Of a stretch of DNA of 64,000 nt, positions 26,521-39,876 are shown piece by piece (position 1 is the first letter of the stretch; each line of letters opens with the position of its first letter). Under the pieces are notes generated by a model. The model did no database searches and was not told the origin of the DNA. It was given only the letters and a program-made list of their open reading frames with translations. Made by a program: the position numbers and the translations under genes. The stretch comes from Octopus bimaculoides (lineage: Eukaryota). The stretch lies in the NCBI RefSeq assembly GCF_001194135.2, contig NC_068983.1:49707743-49771742 (forward strand), in the 5' to 3' direction.

Positions 26521-27677
26521 ACTCCCAAACATTACATCAACCAATATGCCCAATCTTACCTTTTCAAACCAGCAACATTTTGGAATACATACCTGCACAT
26601 ATATTTCCGAAGTTTTCTGCTTGCAATTATTCAACAAGAATTTGCTATGCATCTATCATACCAGTCTCAAAGAGCATGCAAAATCCACGAGAACATTCTC
26701 TTCATCCAGACTGAACCAATGATAAAAGATTTCTCCAATCCACAAATAGCCAACTCCCTGCAAAACACTCAATCACCCTTGCAATATAGAAATAATCCAA
26801 CAGATCTTACAAACCAGTTTTCTTACAACTTTTAATATTAGTTTTATTTTGCTGTAGACAATTTCTCACACAAATGCCAGAAAAACCAGTGATGCCATGC
26901 TGAATTCCTTTTCATCTGAAATAAGTAAATGCAACAGAGTTGGAATTTGGGGATTAATGTTTCTTCAGAATTATTCTTTGTTCTGAAGAAGAGTCCATTT
27001 TTCATTCTGGTAAAAATCAATGAATCCAAGAAAGAGTTGATTGGTTTCTTTAAAAATCCTGGAAATTTCTTCTTCTTCTTCTTCTTCTTCTTCTTCTTCT
27101 TCTTCTTCTTCGTAAGCTCTACTGCTAGCATCATTCCAAATTAAACTTTATTACACCACACAATAAATATTATCTATTACACAAGGTAAATATTTTTTTA
27201 TGAATAAACATACACTAAAAGGAATTCTATTTTTACCTAACCACAGTTAATTTATTATCATTATTATTATTATTATTATTTTTATATATTTATTCTGTAT
27301 TTTACTTCTTTCGTTTCTGTTTATATTCTCTGTTATGCAACTGCTGTTTATGGTAAACATGGATTTAATGATCTTGAAAATTTAGACATTTTCATCAATT
27401 AATAGAACAGATATTTCACAGATGAACAAGTTTTAATAAGGATAACTAATGAAGTATAATAAAAAAAGTGGCATTTATTTTTAGCTAGAATGACTGGATG
27501 AAAGTTAAGATAAATAATAGTCAACAGCAAGCAGCAATGTTATGCAATTTTGCCAAGCAGCCATATGGCATGATGACCACATGCGCACATATATGTGCAG
27601 CACAGCTTGTATATAATTCTTTCCTCTGTTAGAAAGAACGTTTTAAAAATAATCTATGCATATTTTCATTGTATTTA

Positions 27678-28056
27678 GGTGCATACACAGCTTAGCTGTA
27701 ACTGTGTGGTTAATAAGCTTGCTTTGTAACTACATGATTTCTGGTTCAATTCCACCTTAGGTGAGGGTTTTCTACTATAGCCCTGGTACAACCAATGGTT
27801 TATGAGTGAATTTGGTAAAAGGAATCTGTGTGGAAGTGCAACATATGTATATGTTTGTCTCTGTGTTTGTTCTCTGCCATCACTTGACATCTGGTGGTGG
27901 TTTGTTTACATCCCTGTATCATAGCTGTCCGGTGAAAGTGACCAATGCAATAAGTACCGGACTAAAAAAAGCACTGAGTTGGGGTCGATTTGTTTGCCTA
28001 CACTCATTGTGTCAGTGGTCCAGCATGGTGGTGGCCCATGACTGCAGCAAGTAAAA
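27678..28056 (+). mobile_element. SINE S1, degenerate
   Basis: Diverged but colinear S1 sequence. Confidence 0.6.
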
Positions 28057-28153
28057 AATATCTTTATTTATCATATGTGTGATATACGCATGTGAGTGAT
28101 ATCTATCCATCTATCTATGTATCTAAATATATATTTATGAATGTATGTATGTG

Positions 28154-28193
<40 letters not shown>

Positions 28194-28326
28194 CTTTCTT
28201 TATTTGTGAATTAATGCCTTAATTCACAAATAAAGAAATTATTTATCCACCAATGCAGTGTTGAGCACTCATTCCAACATTCTACTTTTACGTATATANN
28301 NNNNNNNNNNNNNNNNNTATATATAC

Positions 28327-28365
<39 letters not shown>

Positions 28366-28517
28366 AGGTTGAGGAGGGTATTGGATTTAACCAAATCCCG
28401 GAGGATACAGGTAATACCGAGTAAATCTTTGCTATTGTGCAAAACTGTCGTATATGAGACTTACTATACTTTTGAAAAATGCTAAACCTTTGTCCTACAC
28501 TTTGACAGTTTTCATAC

Positions 28518-28567
28518 CTTGGCATTTGAAGTAGCTAGAGATATGATAGTTTGACCAAAAGAACCGG
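28518..28567 (-). CDS. Candidate 50-nt exon (AGSFGQTIISLATSNAK or RFFWSNYHISSYFKCQ)
   Basis: Minus strand ttaattttgcttgcaatag|CCGG...GCCAAG|gtatga; two frames open; lies in non-repetitive sequence; no homology recognised. Confidence 0.3.
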
Positions 28568-29424
28568 CTATTGCAAGCAAAATTAAATATCGATAAAAAA
28601 AATGCATTTGGCCAAATGTGGACATACAACAGTTTAACATAACACCAACAATATATATGTATATACCCACACCTACATAAATACATATGAGCAAATAAAC
28701 TAATACTTGTATATGTAGGTATTAGAGCAAGCAAGTGAGTACTTATGAGTGTATGTATATGTCATTTGCAGTGATGACTTGGCAGAGTTGTTAAGTGCTA
28801 GATATCATGCAGTGCAATGATTATATCAATGCTCTGCACTGAGAGTTCAATTCCAACAGATATTCTGTCATCCTTTCAGGGTCAACAAATAAAGTGCCAG
28901 GCTGTAGTGGAAGATAATTAAAATTCATAAATCATCAGAAAGGATGCATTCCACTCTCTAATCTAGCTGTTTGTATTCTGTTCATAACACCCGTGAGAAC
29001 ACTGGTGCCAAGCACAATCGGCTTTTCTGGCTTCCTGCCTATTATAGAAACAATTATTTTAAAGGGTGATGGACTGACAGAATAATAAGTGTATTGGGCA
29101 ACAAAATGATTCACAATATTTGTTTGGTCTTTTTACATTCATCATCATCTTTTAACATCTACTTTCCATACAGACACAGGAAGAATGGTTTGACAGGGAA
29201 CCTGCAAAATGTAGGACTGCTTTGAACTCCATTGTCATCTTTCGTATGGCTTCTATGGCTGGATTCCCTTCCTTATTCCAATCACATGACAGAGAGTACA
29301 AGGTGCTTTTTTCTATGTGACCACACAACTAATTTACTGAGTGTACTGGACGCTTAATCTCACCAAGGCCAGTTTTACCTTTCATCCTTTTAGGATCAGT
29401 AAGATGAAATACTATAGACTATAC

Positions 29425-30085
29425 TATAGATGTGGCTTCCCAACCACATGGTTCTAAGTTCAGCCCCACTGTGTGGCACCTTGGGAAAGTGTCTTCTACT
29501 TGTGAGTGGATTTGGTAGATGAGAACTGAAAGAAGCCTATTGTATATGTGTATGTGTGTGTGTGTGTGTATGTGTCTGTGCTGTCTGACTGCTAGTGCAT
29601 CTGACTGGCATCCATGCTGGTGGTACATAAAAAGCACCATTCAAGTGTGGCCAATGCCAGTGCCACCTCACTCGCTCCCATGCTGGTGGCCTGTAAAAAG
29701 CATCCATTACACTCTCAGAGTTGTAGGTGTTAGGAAGGGCATCCAGCTGTAGAAATCTTGTCAAATCAGATTGGAGTCTTATGCAGCCTCAGTCAAACCA
29801 TCCAACCCATGCCAGCATGAAAAGCAGACGTTAAAAGACGATAATGATGATGACGTATGTATCTATGTGTGTTTTTGTGTCTGTGTTTGTTCCCCCATCA
29901 CTGAATGACAACTGGCGTTGGTGTGTTTATGACCTCCGTAACTTAGCAGTTTGGCTAAAGAAATCGACTGAATAAGAATCAGGCTCAAAATTTAAAGCCC
30001 TGGGGTTGATTCATTCAACTAAAATTCTTGAAGGTGGTGCCCCAGCATGGCCACAATCTAATGACTGAAATAAAGAAAAGATAAA
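29425..30085 (+). mobile_element. SINE S1 split by an RTE 3' fragment (~29590-29852) inserted at its internal microsatellite
   Basis: S1 5' half, then RTE end with (GAT)n, then S1 3' half. Confidence 0.65.
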
Positions 30086-30308
30086 AACATGATACCTTCC
30101 TCTTAAAATTCCTGGCCCTCTGCCTAAATCAGAAACAATTATTAAAGAATGGTGAATTGACAGAATTTTTAGTGTCAGGAAAACATGCCCTGCATTATTT
30201 GATCCTGCCCTTTACATTCTCAAATCAAATTCCATTACAGTCTTGTGCCTTAATTAGAAATCATTATTGATTCTTCTCTATTTCCTGTATTATGTAGACC
30301 AGGTCTGT

Positions 30309-30693
30309 GTTGGCACTCCGTTGCTTACGACGACAAGGTTTCCAGTTGATCCGATCAACGGAAGAGCCTGCTCGTGAAATTAACATGCAAGTGGTTGAGC
30401 ACTCCACAGACACATTTACCCTTAACGTAGTTCTCGGGGATGGATATTCAGCGTGACACAGAGTGTGACAAGGCTGGCCCTTTGAAATACAGGTACAACA
30501 GAAACAGGAAGTAAGAGTGAGAGAAAGTAGTGGTGAAAGAGTACAGCAGGGTTCGCCACCATCCCCTGCCGGAGCCTCGTGGAGCTTTAGGTGATTTTGC
30601 TCAATAAAGACTCACAAGGCTCGGTCTGGGAATCGAAACCGCGATCCTATGACCGTGAGTCTGCTGCCCTAACCACTGGGCCATTGCGCCTCT
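30309..30693 (-). mobile_element. SINE S2, tail variant a, full length
   Basis: Homologous to 34628-35006; flanked by AGAC(C/T)AGGTCT direct repeats. Confidence 0.85.
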
Positions 30694-32339
30694 ACAGACT
30701 AGGTCTAGACATGGTGCTCTAGGAAAAAAGTCACATCATTGGTAGCACTTTGCATAGTATGTGAGCTGTTCTGCATAATGTGATCTTTTGGATTACATAA
30801 ATATTGATATTGCCCAAGATATGCTTGATGAACTTTTCTATTGGCTCCGGTACAGTTTCTGTCTGCCTAATTCCACAATCTATTAATCAACACAAGATTA
30901 TCAATAAAGATACTTATTCAGAGTTACAATCAATGAAATTGAACCCTGAACCAAGTAGCTGTAAAGCATTTGTTTTGTAACCCGAAGGCCATATTTGCAT
31001 CTACTGTGAGATTTAATACTTGGATAAATATGAAGATATGATTGAATAGGAATTTGAAGCAAAACTTCAAATTCCTATTCAATTGCTTATTTTCTGCCAT
31101 CCATTGTAAGAAGAAAAGTGGTATGTTTGAGTACTATGCTTTCAGTTTATCAAAATTTTAATTGCTTCTGCCAAGTCAATGCAGTTTCATATTTTCAGTT
31201 AATAATCATATTAATAATTAATTTCCAAACAGCAATCATGAAAGACAAGCAAAACAACAAAAACGGGCGTAAACAAAACCTTATGATAAATCTAAATATT
31301 GTTGGCTGGAAAACATGTGCCAGATTCTTGTAGATTGCCAATTGTAGACCCAAAGTAGGAACCACAATTTATCATTGTATAAATTTCTTTGTTGGGATAA
31401 ATAAACTCATGTTTAATAACTTCTTTAAGAATTTAAAGAAATCTCATCTATCATCTAGAACAAAAGCCCCTTGTTTTAATATAAAAATCTAAAACTCCTG
31501 GAAAAGTCAACTTTCATCCATTCATTTCTAAAATGAGAATAATGGTTTCTATTGCATTAAATATCGCACAGAATTATCCTTTGGTTTTCGGTTGTTTTTG
31601 ATTTTCTTCATATTTTACCATTTGAAGAATAGTGCCAACAAATCAATATGATTACTTGCTTTTACCATTCTTTTCTAAATTGTATTTACTTTTCATGTTA
31701 TAACTATATCAAGCATATAAATTTCAAATTCAGGACACTATTATAATGCACGGCAAATACCAGCACCGCATATTCTCATTACCATAGAATATAGCTCTCT
31801 TTCACAATAAATAAATAAAACCTTTTTATGAAATATGTAATTTATTGCTATATTCAGCAACAAATACCAGCTCAGATTTAAGTGACTTAGGTTGTCTCTA
31901 TTCACATCATGCCACTGGCCAAATTATTGGCCCTGTTATTTTTTCCTTCATCAAATATGAGTTGTGATTATGCAAATCTAGGAAGCCAATATTTGAAAGA
32001 AGAATGCACTGACATTTCCAATAAAATGCATCATAGCCACTGAAATATCTAATTTTTCCTTTTGTTGCAACGTTTTGATGTTATGCAATGGTCCTTACTG
32101 TTGCAGACATTCCATTATGTCTTTTGTGTAACTAGAAATGTTTCAGTAATAGAGATATATATCTGCAGACATTTTTCCATACATGAATAGTAGCAACCGT
32201 AAATAGTAGTACTTAAGGAACAGTACATTAACGGTAGCAGTCCAACATATGCTAGCATGGAAAACAGACATTCAAAGATGACGACGATGATGACAATGTT
32301 GAAATACACACACATGCACACGCACGTGCATAAATACAT

Positions 32340-32477
32340 ACAGGAGTGGCTGTGTGGTAAGTAGTTTGCTTACCAACCACATGGTTCCAGGTTCAGTCCC
32401 GCCGTGTGATACCTTGGGCAAGTGTCTTCTACTCCAGTCTCGGGCCGACTGAAGCCTTGTGAGTGGATTTGGTAGAG

Positions 32478-32513
<36 letters not shown>

Positions 32514-32732
32514 GTATATATGTGTGTGTGTGTGTATTTGTGCGTCTGTACCCTCATCAACGCTTGACAACTGATGTTAGTGTGTTTACACCTGTAACTT
32601 AGCGGTTCGGCAAAAGAGACTGATAGAATAAGTACTAGGCTTACAAAGAAGAAGTCCTGGGCTTGATTTGTTTGACTAAAGATAGTGCTCCAGCATGGCC
32701 ACAGTCAAATGATTGAAACAAATAAAAGAATA
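32340..32732 (+). mobile_element. SINE S1 full length
   Basis: Colinear with 4353-4745, with a small internal deletion. Confidence 0.85.
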
Positions 32733-32890
32733 GAAGAATATATACATAAATACATGCATATTTATATATATATAAACACATGGTAACAGATTTAATCAAA
32801 AGATTAAATGTGGTACTTAAAATGTTTGAGGCACCAGAATTTGGTAGGGTTAAAAACCAAAAACAAAATCAAGAGATTTAGAGAATAAAA

Positions 32891-33054
32891 TTTGAAGAAA
32901 AGCAACAAAAATGCATTAGGTTATAGCAGTACGTACGTTTCGTACATACTTCATTTATTTATGTAGTGGGTGTTCTCACTACATACATAAATGAAGTTTG
33001 TATGAAACGTACGTACTGCTATAACCTAATGCATTTGTGTTGCTTTTCTTCAAA
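32891..33054. repeat. 164-bp near-perfect palindrome (78-bp arms, 8-nt loop)
   Basis: TTTGAAGAAAAGCAAC...TATGTAGTG-GGTGTTCT-CACTACATA...GTTGCTTTTCTTCAAA. Confidence 0.95.
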
Positions 33055-33104
33055 TATATAAACACATATGTAAATATATACATAAACACATACATACACA
33101 TACA

Positions 33105-33485
33105 CAGGTACAGACAATGCTGCATAGTGAAGAAGTTTGCTTTGCAACCATGTAGATTTTGGTTCAGTACTACTGCCTACACCTTAGGCAAGTGTCTTCA
33201 ACTATAGCCCTGGGGCAACCAATGATTTATTAGTGAATCTGGTAGATGGAAACTGTGTGGAAACCCAGACTGAAATATTTGTGTGTGCATGTGTGTGCAT
33301 TTGTCTCCACCACAGCTTGATAACCAGTGTTGGTTTGTTTACGTCCCTGTAACTTATCAAGCTAGCAAAAAAGACCAATAAAATAAATACAAGATTTAGT
33401 GCCGGGGTCGTCAATTTCTTTGATGAAAACCCTTCATGGCAGTGCCCCAGCATGGCCACAGTTCAAGGACTGAAACAACTAATAG
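33105..33485 (+). mobile_element. SINE S1-like, degenerate
   Basis: Diverged S1 order of segments. Confidence 0.6.
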
Positions 33486-33532
33486 ATGGTAAATGCAGTA
33501 AACACAAACACACAGATCTATGTGAATTTTAA

Positions 33533-34010
33533 GGCGGTGAGCTGGCAGAAACGTTAACACACCGTATGAAATACTTAGCGGTATTTCATCTGTCTTTACA
33601 TTCTGAATTCAAATTCCGCCGAGGTCAACTTTGCCTTTCATCCTTTCAAGTTCGATAAATTAAGTACCAGTTGTGTACTAGGGTTGATCTAATCGACTAG
33701 CCCCCTGCCCCAAAATTTCAGGCCTTGTGTCTAGAGTAGAAAGGAATATTTATAACATTCTTAAAGTGGCGAGTTGGTAGAAATGTTAGCACGGAGGCTT
33801 ACCAGTTAGCTTACCAGTATTTCATTAGTATGCTGGGCGAAATGCTTAGCAGTATTTCGTCTGCCGTTACATTCTGAGTTCAAATTCCACCATGGTTAAC
33901 TTTGCTTTTCATCCTTTTGAGGTCGATAAATTAAGTACCAGTTGCATACTGGGGCTGATCTAATCAACTGCCACACTCCAATTCCCAAAAGTTTTGTGCC
34001 TTGTGCCTGT
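33533..34010 (+). mobile_element. Two tandem S4 SINE copies (33533-33745, 33765-34010)
   Basis: GGCGGTGAGCTGGCAGAAACG / GGCGAGTTGGTAGAAATG heads, each with the GATAAATTAAGTACCAGTTG domain. Confidence 0.75.
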
Positions 34011-34627
34011 GAGTATAAGTTTGATATACAACAATAAAACCATTTTAGTTGGTGCTCCTGCATGGCCACAGTTGGTTGTATGGTTTAGTTAAAGCATAAA
34101 AGGAAATCAAAGCACAAACGTGACACACACACATGCACATAAATGTCATAATAAATAAGCTGATAAGAAACTAGATTATTAATAAATAAAGAAATCACTA
34201 AATAATGGATGATTAAATATCTAAATGATGCTAATAGACAATGGAAGAAAATCTCAATAGTGCTAATACCGCACAGTCATAAAGATTATAGGATTAAGCT
34301 ACTTGAAGTAATGAATCTTGGAAAGCCATGCAGCCAAATGATAACATTTTGTCATATTTGAAACAGTTTATCTCAATATATAAAGATATCAATTGAAACT
34401 GTGAAATAATTGACAAGGTTATTTAGAGTAGCTAAGCTCTTAGGCCATTTCAATTTCTAATAAATAGAAGATTAATGAACTTTAAATATAATACATTGGG
34501 TTGTTTGTTTGGAGCATTGCTGAAGAATTTATCTACATGGAGTACATCAACGGCAAGTTAGTGTGTTGGAAACTATGGTACACTAGTTGGAGAAGTCGAA
34601 TTTAAGAATCTAAGTAAATACATCATT

Positions 34628-35006
34628 GGAGGCGCAATGGCCCAGTGGTTAGGGCAGCGGACTCGCGGTCATAGGATCGCGGTTTCGATTCCAGACCGGG
34701 CGTTGTGAGTGTTTATTGAGTGAAAACACCTAAAGCTCCATGAGGCTCTGGCAGGGGATGGTGGCGAACCCTGCTGTACTCTTTCACCACAACTTTCTTT
34801 CACTCTAACTTCCTGTTTCTGTTATACCTGTAATTCAAAGGGCCAACCTTGTCACACTCTGCGTCATGCTGAATATCCCCAAGAACTACATTAAGGGTAC
34901 ACATGTCTGTGGAGTGCTCAGCCACTTGCACGTTAATTTCATGAGCAGGCTGTTCCGTTGAAGCCTCAACTGGAACTCTCATCATTGTAAGCGACGGAGA
35001 GCCAAC
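34628..35006 (+). mobile_element. SINE S2, tail variant a, full length (tRNA-Arg-like head)
   Basis: GGAGGCGCAATGGCCCAGTGGTTAGGGCAGCGGACTCGCGGTC...GGTTTCGATTCC head; ends GACGGAGAGCCAAC. Confidence 0.85.
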
Positions 35007-35189
35007 AAAAACAAAAATACATGATCATTAGCTCCTGGACATTTCTACTTATTGGACTGGTTACCCAGTTTCCATAGCATAACTAACTGGCCCTCCATGG
35101 TTTACAACATGGGTTTCAGGTGATCTAATCAATGGTCAAGAGGATTCTAACTTTAGCCAACCTATCAGTTTCTATATTAGGGTCAAGAG

Positions 35190-36107
<918 letters not shown>

Positions 36108-36177
36108 ATCTAGAGTATCTAGAGTATTCCACTTTTTTCCTTGTTTCTTTTTTGTTTTGCTTTGGAGACAAAATTTT

Positions 36178-36400
36178 TTCTTTTATTCTTTTTCGTGTCT
36201 CAATCATTTGTCTTCGGCCATGCTGGAGCACTGCCTTAAAAGGGTTTCAGTCAAAGAAATCGACCCCAGGTCTTATTCTTTCTAAGCCTAGTATTTATTC
36301 TATCGGTCTCCTTTTGCTGAACTGCTAGTTTACAAGGACATAAACACACCTGCATTGGTTGTCAGGTGCTGGTGATGGTGGTGAGGGGGCACAACACACA
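36178..36400 (-). mobile_element. SINE S1 3' half
   Basis: Reverse complement of the S1 3' domain. Confidence 0.7.
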
Positions 36401-36466
36401 CACACATACACGTGGTCCATTGGGGATTTCTTCTCCTTCTCTTTCTTTGGACATTTCTCTTTCACC

Positions 36467-36499
36467 TTTCTGGCAAAGAGCTATGCTCGAAACGTTAAA
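36467..36499 (+). ncRNA. Degenerate family B hammerhead motif
   Basis: TTT-CTGGCAA-A-GAGC(TAT)GCTC-GAAA-CGTT-AAA; two core substitutions. Confidence 0.4.
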
Positions 36500-36598
36500 A
36501 CCTCTCCATTCACTGAGTTTCACGCTAATACATTTCTTGTGCATGGACTCACGTTTATTGTCTTCCATCTTTGTTTCACTTTTTATTTGAATTGTTTC

Positions 36599-36786
36599 AG
36601 TTCTATATTTAAGAGACAAGGAATTATGTACATTATTTACATCATTTACATTTGATGGATATTTGTTCTCATCTTGTTTGTTGTTAACACGTTTCGGCTG
36701 ATATACCCTCCAGCCTTCAATAGGTGTCTTGCGGAAATTTAAAACCTGGATTCTTATTCTTAAGGTATATTTCAATGTTGTTGTTG

Positions 36787-36831
<45 letters not shown>

Positions 36832-37022
36832 TCACTGCCTGGAATCAAACTCGGAATCTTGGGGTTAGTAGCCTGTGCTCTTAACCACTATGCCATATGC
36901 CCAGGTTTGAAATTTCCCCAAGACACCTGATGAAGGCTGGAGGGTATATCAGTTGAAATGTTGTGTTAACAACAAACAAGATGAGGACAAATATCCATCA
37001 ATTGTAACTAATGTAACTAATG
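36599..37022. mobile_element. Family A fold-back: full minus copy (36599-36895) followed by a plus-strand HHR/tail fragment (36900-37022)
   Basis: HHR cores at 36686-36728 (-) and 36922-36967 (+); TTTGAATTG(T/C)TT at 36586-36597 and 37023-37034. Confidence 0.8.
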
Positions 37023-37166
37023 TTTGAATTGCTTGTTTATTTGAATTGATTACATATATATATTAATAGTTATCGCCAAGCTAACATGGCAGTCCAGAAA
37101 AATAGGACGAATGCTGCCATTGATTAGCTCCAAGAGGCCATCGCCTCTGGGTGACACAAGAAATTT

Positions 37167-37405
37167 TTCGAGCGAGACCGTTGCCAGTGCCACTGGACTG
37201 GCTCTTGTGCGGGGCCGTTGTAGGATTTTCGAGCGAGATCGTTGCTGGTTCCCCTGGACTGGCTCATGTGCGGGCGACACATGAAATCTTTTGAGTGAGA
37301 TCATTGCCAGTGCCCCTGGACTGGCTCTTGTGCGGGGCCGTTGTACGATTTTCGAGCGAGATCGTTGCTGGTTCCCCTGGATTGGCTCATGTGCGGGCGA
37401 CACAC
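37167..37405 (+). repeat. GC-rich tandem repeat, 123-bp unit made of two related 61/62-bp subunits, running into a gap
   Basis: Subunits start TT(C/T)GAG(C/T)GAGA at 37167, 37228, 37290 and 37351, alternating A/B types. Confidence 0.9.
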
Positions 37406-37741
37406 NNNNNNNNNNNNNNNNNNNNNNNNNNNNNNNNNNNNNNNNNNNNNNNNNNNNNNNNNNNNNNNNNNNNNNNNNNNNNNNNNNNNNNNNNNNNNNN
37501 NNNNNNNNNNNNNNNNNNNNNNNNNNNNNNNNNNNNNNNNNNNNNNNNNNNNNNNNNNNNNNNNNNNNNNNNNNNNNNNNNNNNNNNNNNNNNNNNNNNN
37601 NNNNNNNNNNNNNNNNNNNNNNNNNNNNNNNNNNNNNNNNNNNNNNNNNNNNNNNNNNNNNNNNNNNNNNNNNNNNNNNNNNNNNNNNNNNNNNNNNNNN
37701 NNNNNNNNNNNNNNNNCTTCCCTTCTTTGGACTTTTCCTAT

Positions 37742-37776
37742 ATTTCTGACGAAGAGCTCCGCTCAAAACGTTAAAT
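37742..37776 (+). ncRNA. Family B hammerhead motif with G12>A
   Basis: ATTT-CTGACGA-A-GAGC(TCC)GCTC-AAAA-CGTT-AAAT. Confidence 0.5.
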
Positions 37777-37891
37777 CCTCTTTCTTTTCTTCCCTTTCCT
37801 GAGCATCCGATAACACTGTACCTATTTCATGTCCGAGCGTTGTGGTTTTTTGTGTTCTTTATTGCTTGCTCATGTTTGAATCATATATAGA

Positions 37892-37922
<31 letters not shown>

Positions 37923-38900
37923 GCAATGGGCTTCTTCCACTCACAAGGCTATGATCAGCCTGAGGCTATAAGTAGAAGACCCTTGCCCAAAGTGCCACAC
38001 AGTGGGACTGAACCCAGAACCTCTTACCACACAGCCACACCTGCACTTACAGGGAGAGTAATTTAAAAGCAATTTGACTGCTATTTCTAGCACTCCGAAG
38101 TTTACTCATTGTGTTGTCACTGGTTGCTTTCCATTAGTTGGGTGATCTTATTTGTTTTCAAGGTTGATTTCTTCTCCCTATTTTGCACAAGCTACAACAA
38201 CAACCTCAAGAACTAATTAGATCATCTTGATAGTTTCTTTTCCCTTGTCGATCTAATTAGTTCTTCGGGAGATTGTAGTAGCAACAGAGAAAGAAGAAAT
38301 AAAACAAAATGAGAGAAGTTCAGGTAGTTGTTACATTTGTTAAAGTGTTTTTCTATCCTTGTGAACAGGAAAAGGCAGGGGAAAAAAATGGAGTGTATTG
38401 GTGGTGAATGAGGTTCAGCTTCATCAGTTGAATGTGCTGAAGATGGGGAACAAGGAAGCTGAGAATGCAGGTCACTTGCTATGATTACTTATCACTGAAA
38501 CTAGCTCCTCCACAATGTGTGTGTGTGTGTGTGTGTGTATGCATTTGTGTGCATGTGAGTAAGTGAGAGAATGTGTATGTTTGTGTTTGAGATAATGAGA
38601 GTGTGTGTGTGTGAAAGCAAGAAACAGACAGAAAGACAGACAGAGAGCATGTCAGAGCAAGAAAAAAGGGAGAAAGTATATGTCAGAGTGAGAGAGAGAA
38701 AGAGAGAGCATGGGAGAGCAAGAGAGAGAGAGAGAGAGGTTAAGTGAGAGTGTGTGTGTGAGTAAGTGTGTGTGCAAGAAAGTGCATGTGTGTGTGAGAG
38801 AATATATGTGTGAGAGAGTGTGTGTGTATGTGTACCATAAGATATAGGAAATATATTGTGAAAGCCAGAGATAGATATAGTATTTTGTAAATAAAATGAA

Positions 38901-38954
<54 letters not shown>

Positions 38955-39302
38955 TAATTTATGTATATATTAATCTTATCTTGGTTGAAAAAATTTGATA
39001 ATGCAAATATGTTAATAGTCACCAGGGTAGCAAAAGTCACACAAAAACTGGGATATCATCTTTGTCAATCATTTCAAACTACTTTTGTTTACTTTTGTGC
39101 AGCCACTCTGTACCATTTTGTTTGCTTCAGCCCTAATCCTCCATAAATTGTGCAGGCACTGCCGATATGTGAAGTTCTCAGTCTTGTTAAAAGCATAAAA
39201 CTATCTATAAATATTTCTGTCAATAACTAATGAAGAATTAGAGTCCTTCTCTGTCTGTCCTATGCATATGTCTTTTAGGATTTCATTCATTTTTCATTTA
39301 TA

Positions 39303-39876
39303 ATCATCATCATCATCATTATCATCATCATCATTTAACGTCCGCTTTCCATGCTAGCATGGGTTGGACGATTTGACTGGGGACTGGCGAACCAGATGGT
39401 TATACCAAACACCAATCTGATCTGGCAGAGTTTCTACAGCTGGATGCCCTTCCTAATGCCAACCACTATGAGAGTGTAGTGGGTGCTTTTTACGTGCCAC
39501 TGGCATGGGGGCCAGTCCGGCGGTACTGGAATGGGGGCCAGTCCGGTGGTAGTAGCAACGGCCACACTCAAATGGTGTTTTTTACGTGCCACCTGCACAG
39601 GAGTCAGTTCAATGTTTTGATCACATGCCAGTGGCACAAGTGCCAGTAAGGCAAAGCTGGAAACGGTTGTGCTCAGATGGTACTTTTTACATACCACCAG
39701 CATGGAAGCAAGACCGCTGCTCTGGCAGTGATCCCGCTCGGATGGTGCTGTTAGCACTCCACTGGCATGGGTGCCAGTCATCGAATTTGGTTCAGTTTCA
39801 ATCGATCTCACTTGCCCCAACAGGTCTTGGCAAGCTGAGTTTAGTGTCCAATGAAGGAAGGTTGGCATGGGTGCCA
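39303..39876 (-). mobile_element. RTE-type 3' region
   Basis: Colinear with 3171-3694 and 11417-11987. Confidence 0.8.

Noticed and set aside
34628-34702. tRNA gene (Arg-like); likewise heads at 5057, 10026, 21751, 54057
   Set aside because: No proper acceptor stem or poly-T terminator; each continues into a multi-copy SINE body.
37167-37405. CRISPR-like array
   Set aside because: No unique spacers; contiguous diverged 61/62-bp subunits in eukaryotic DNA.
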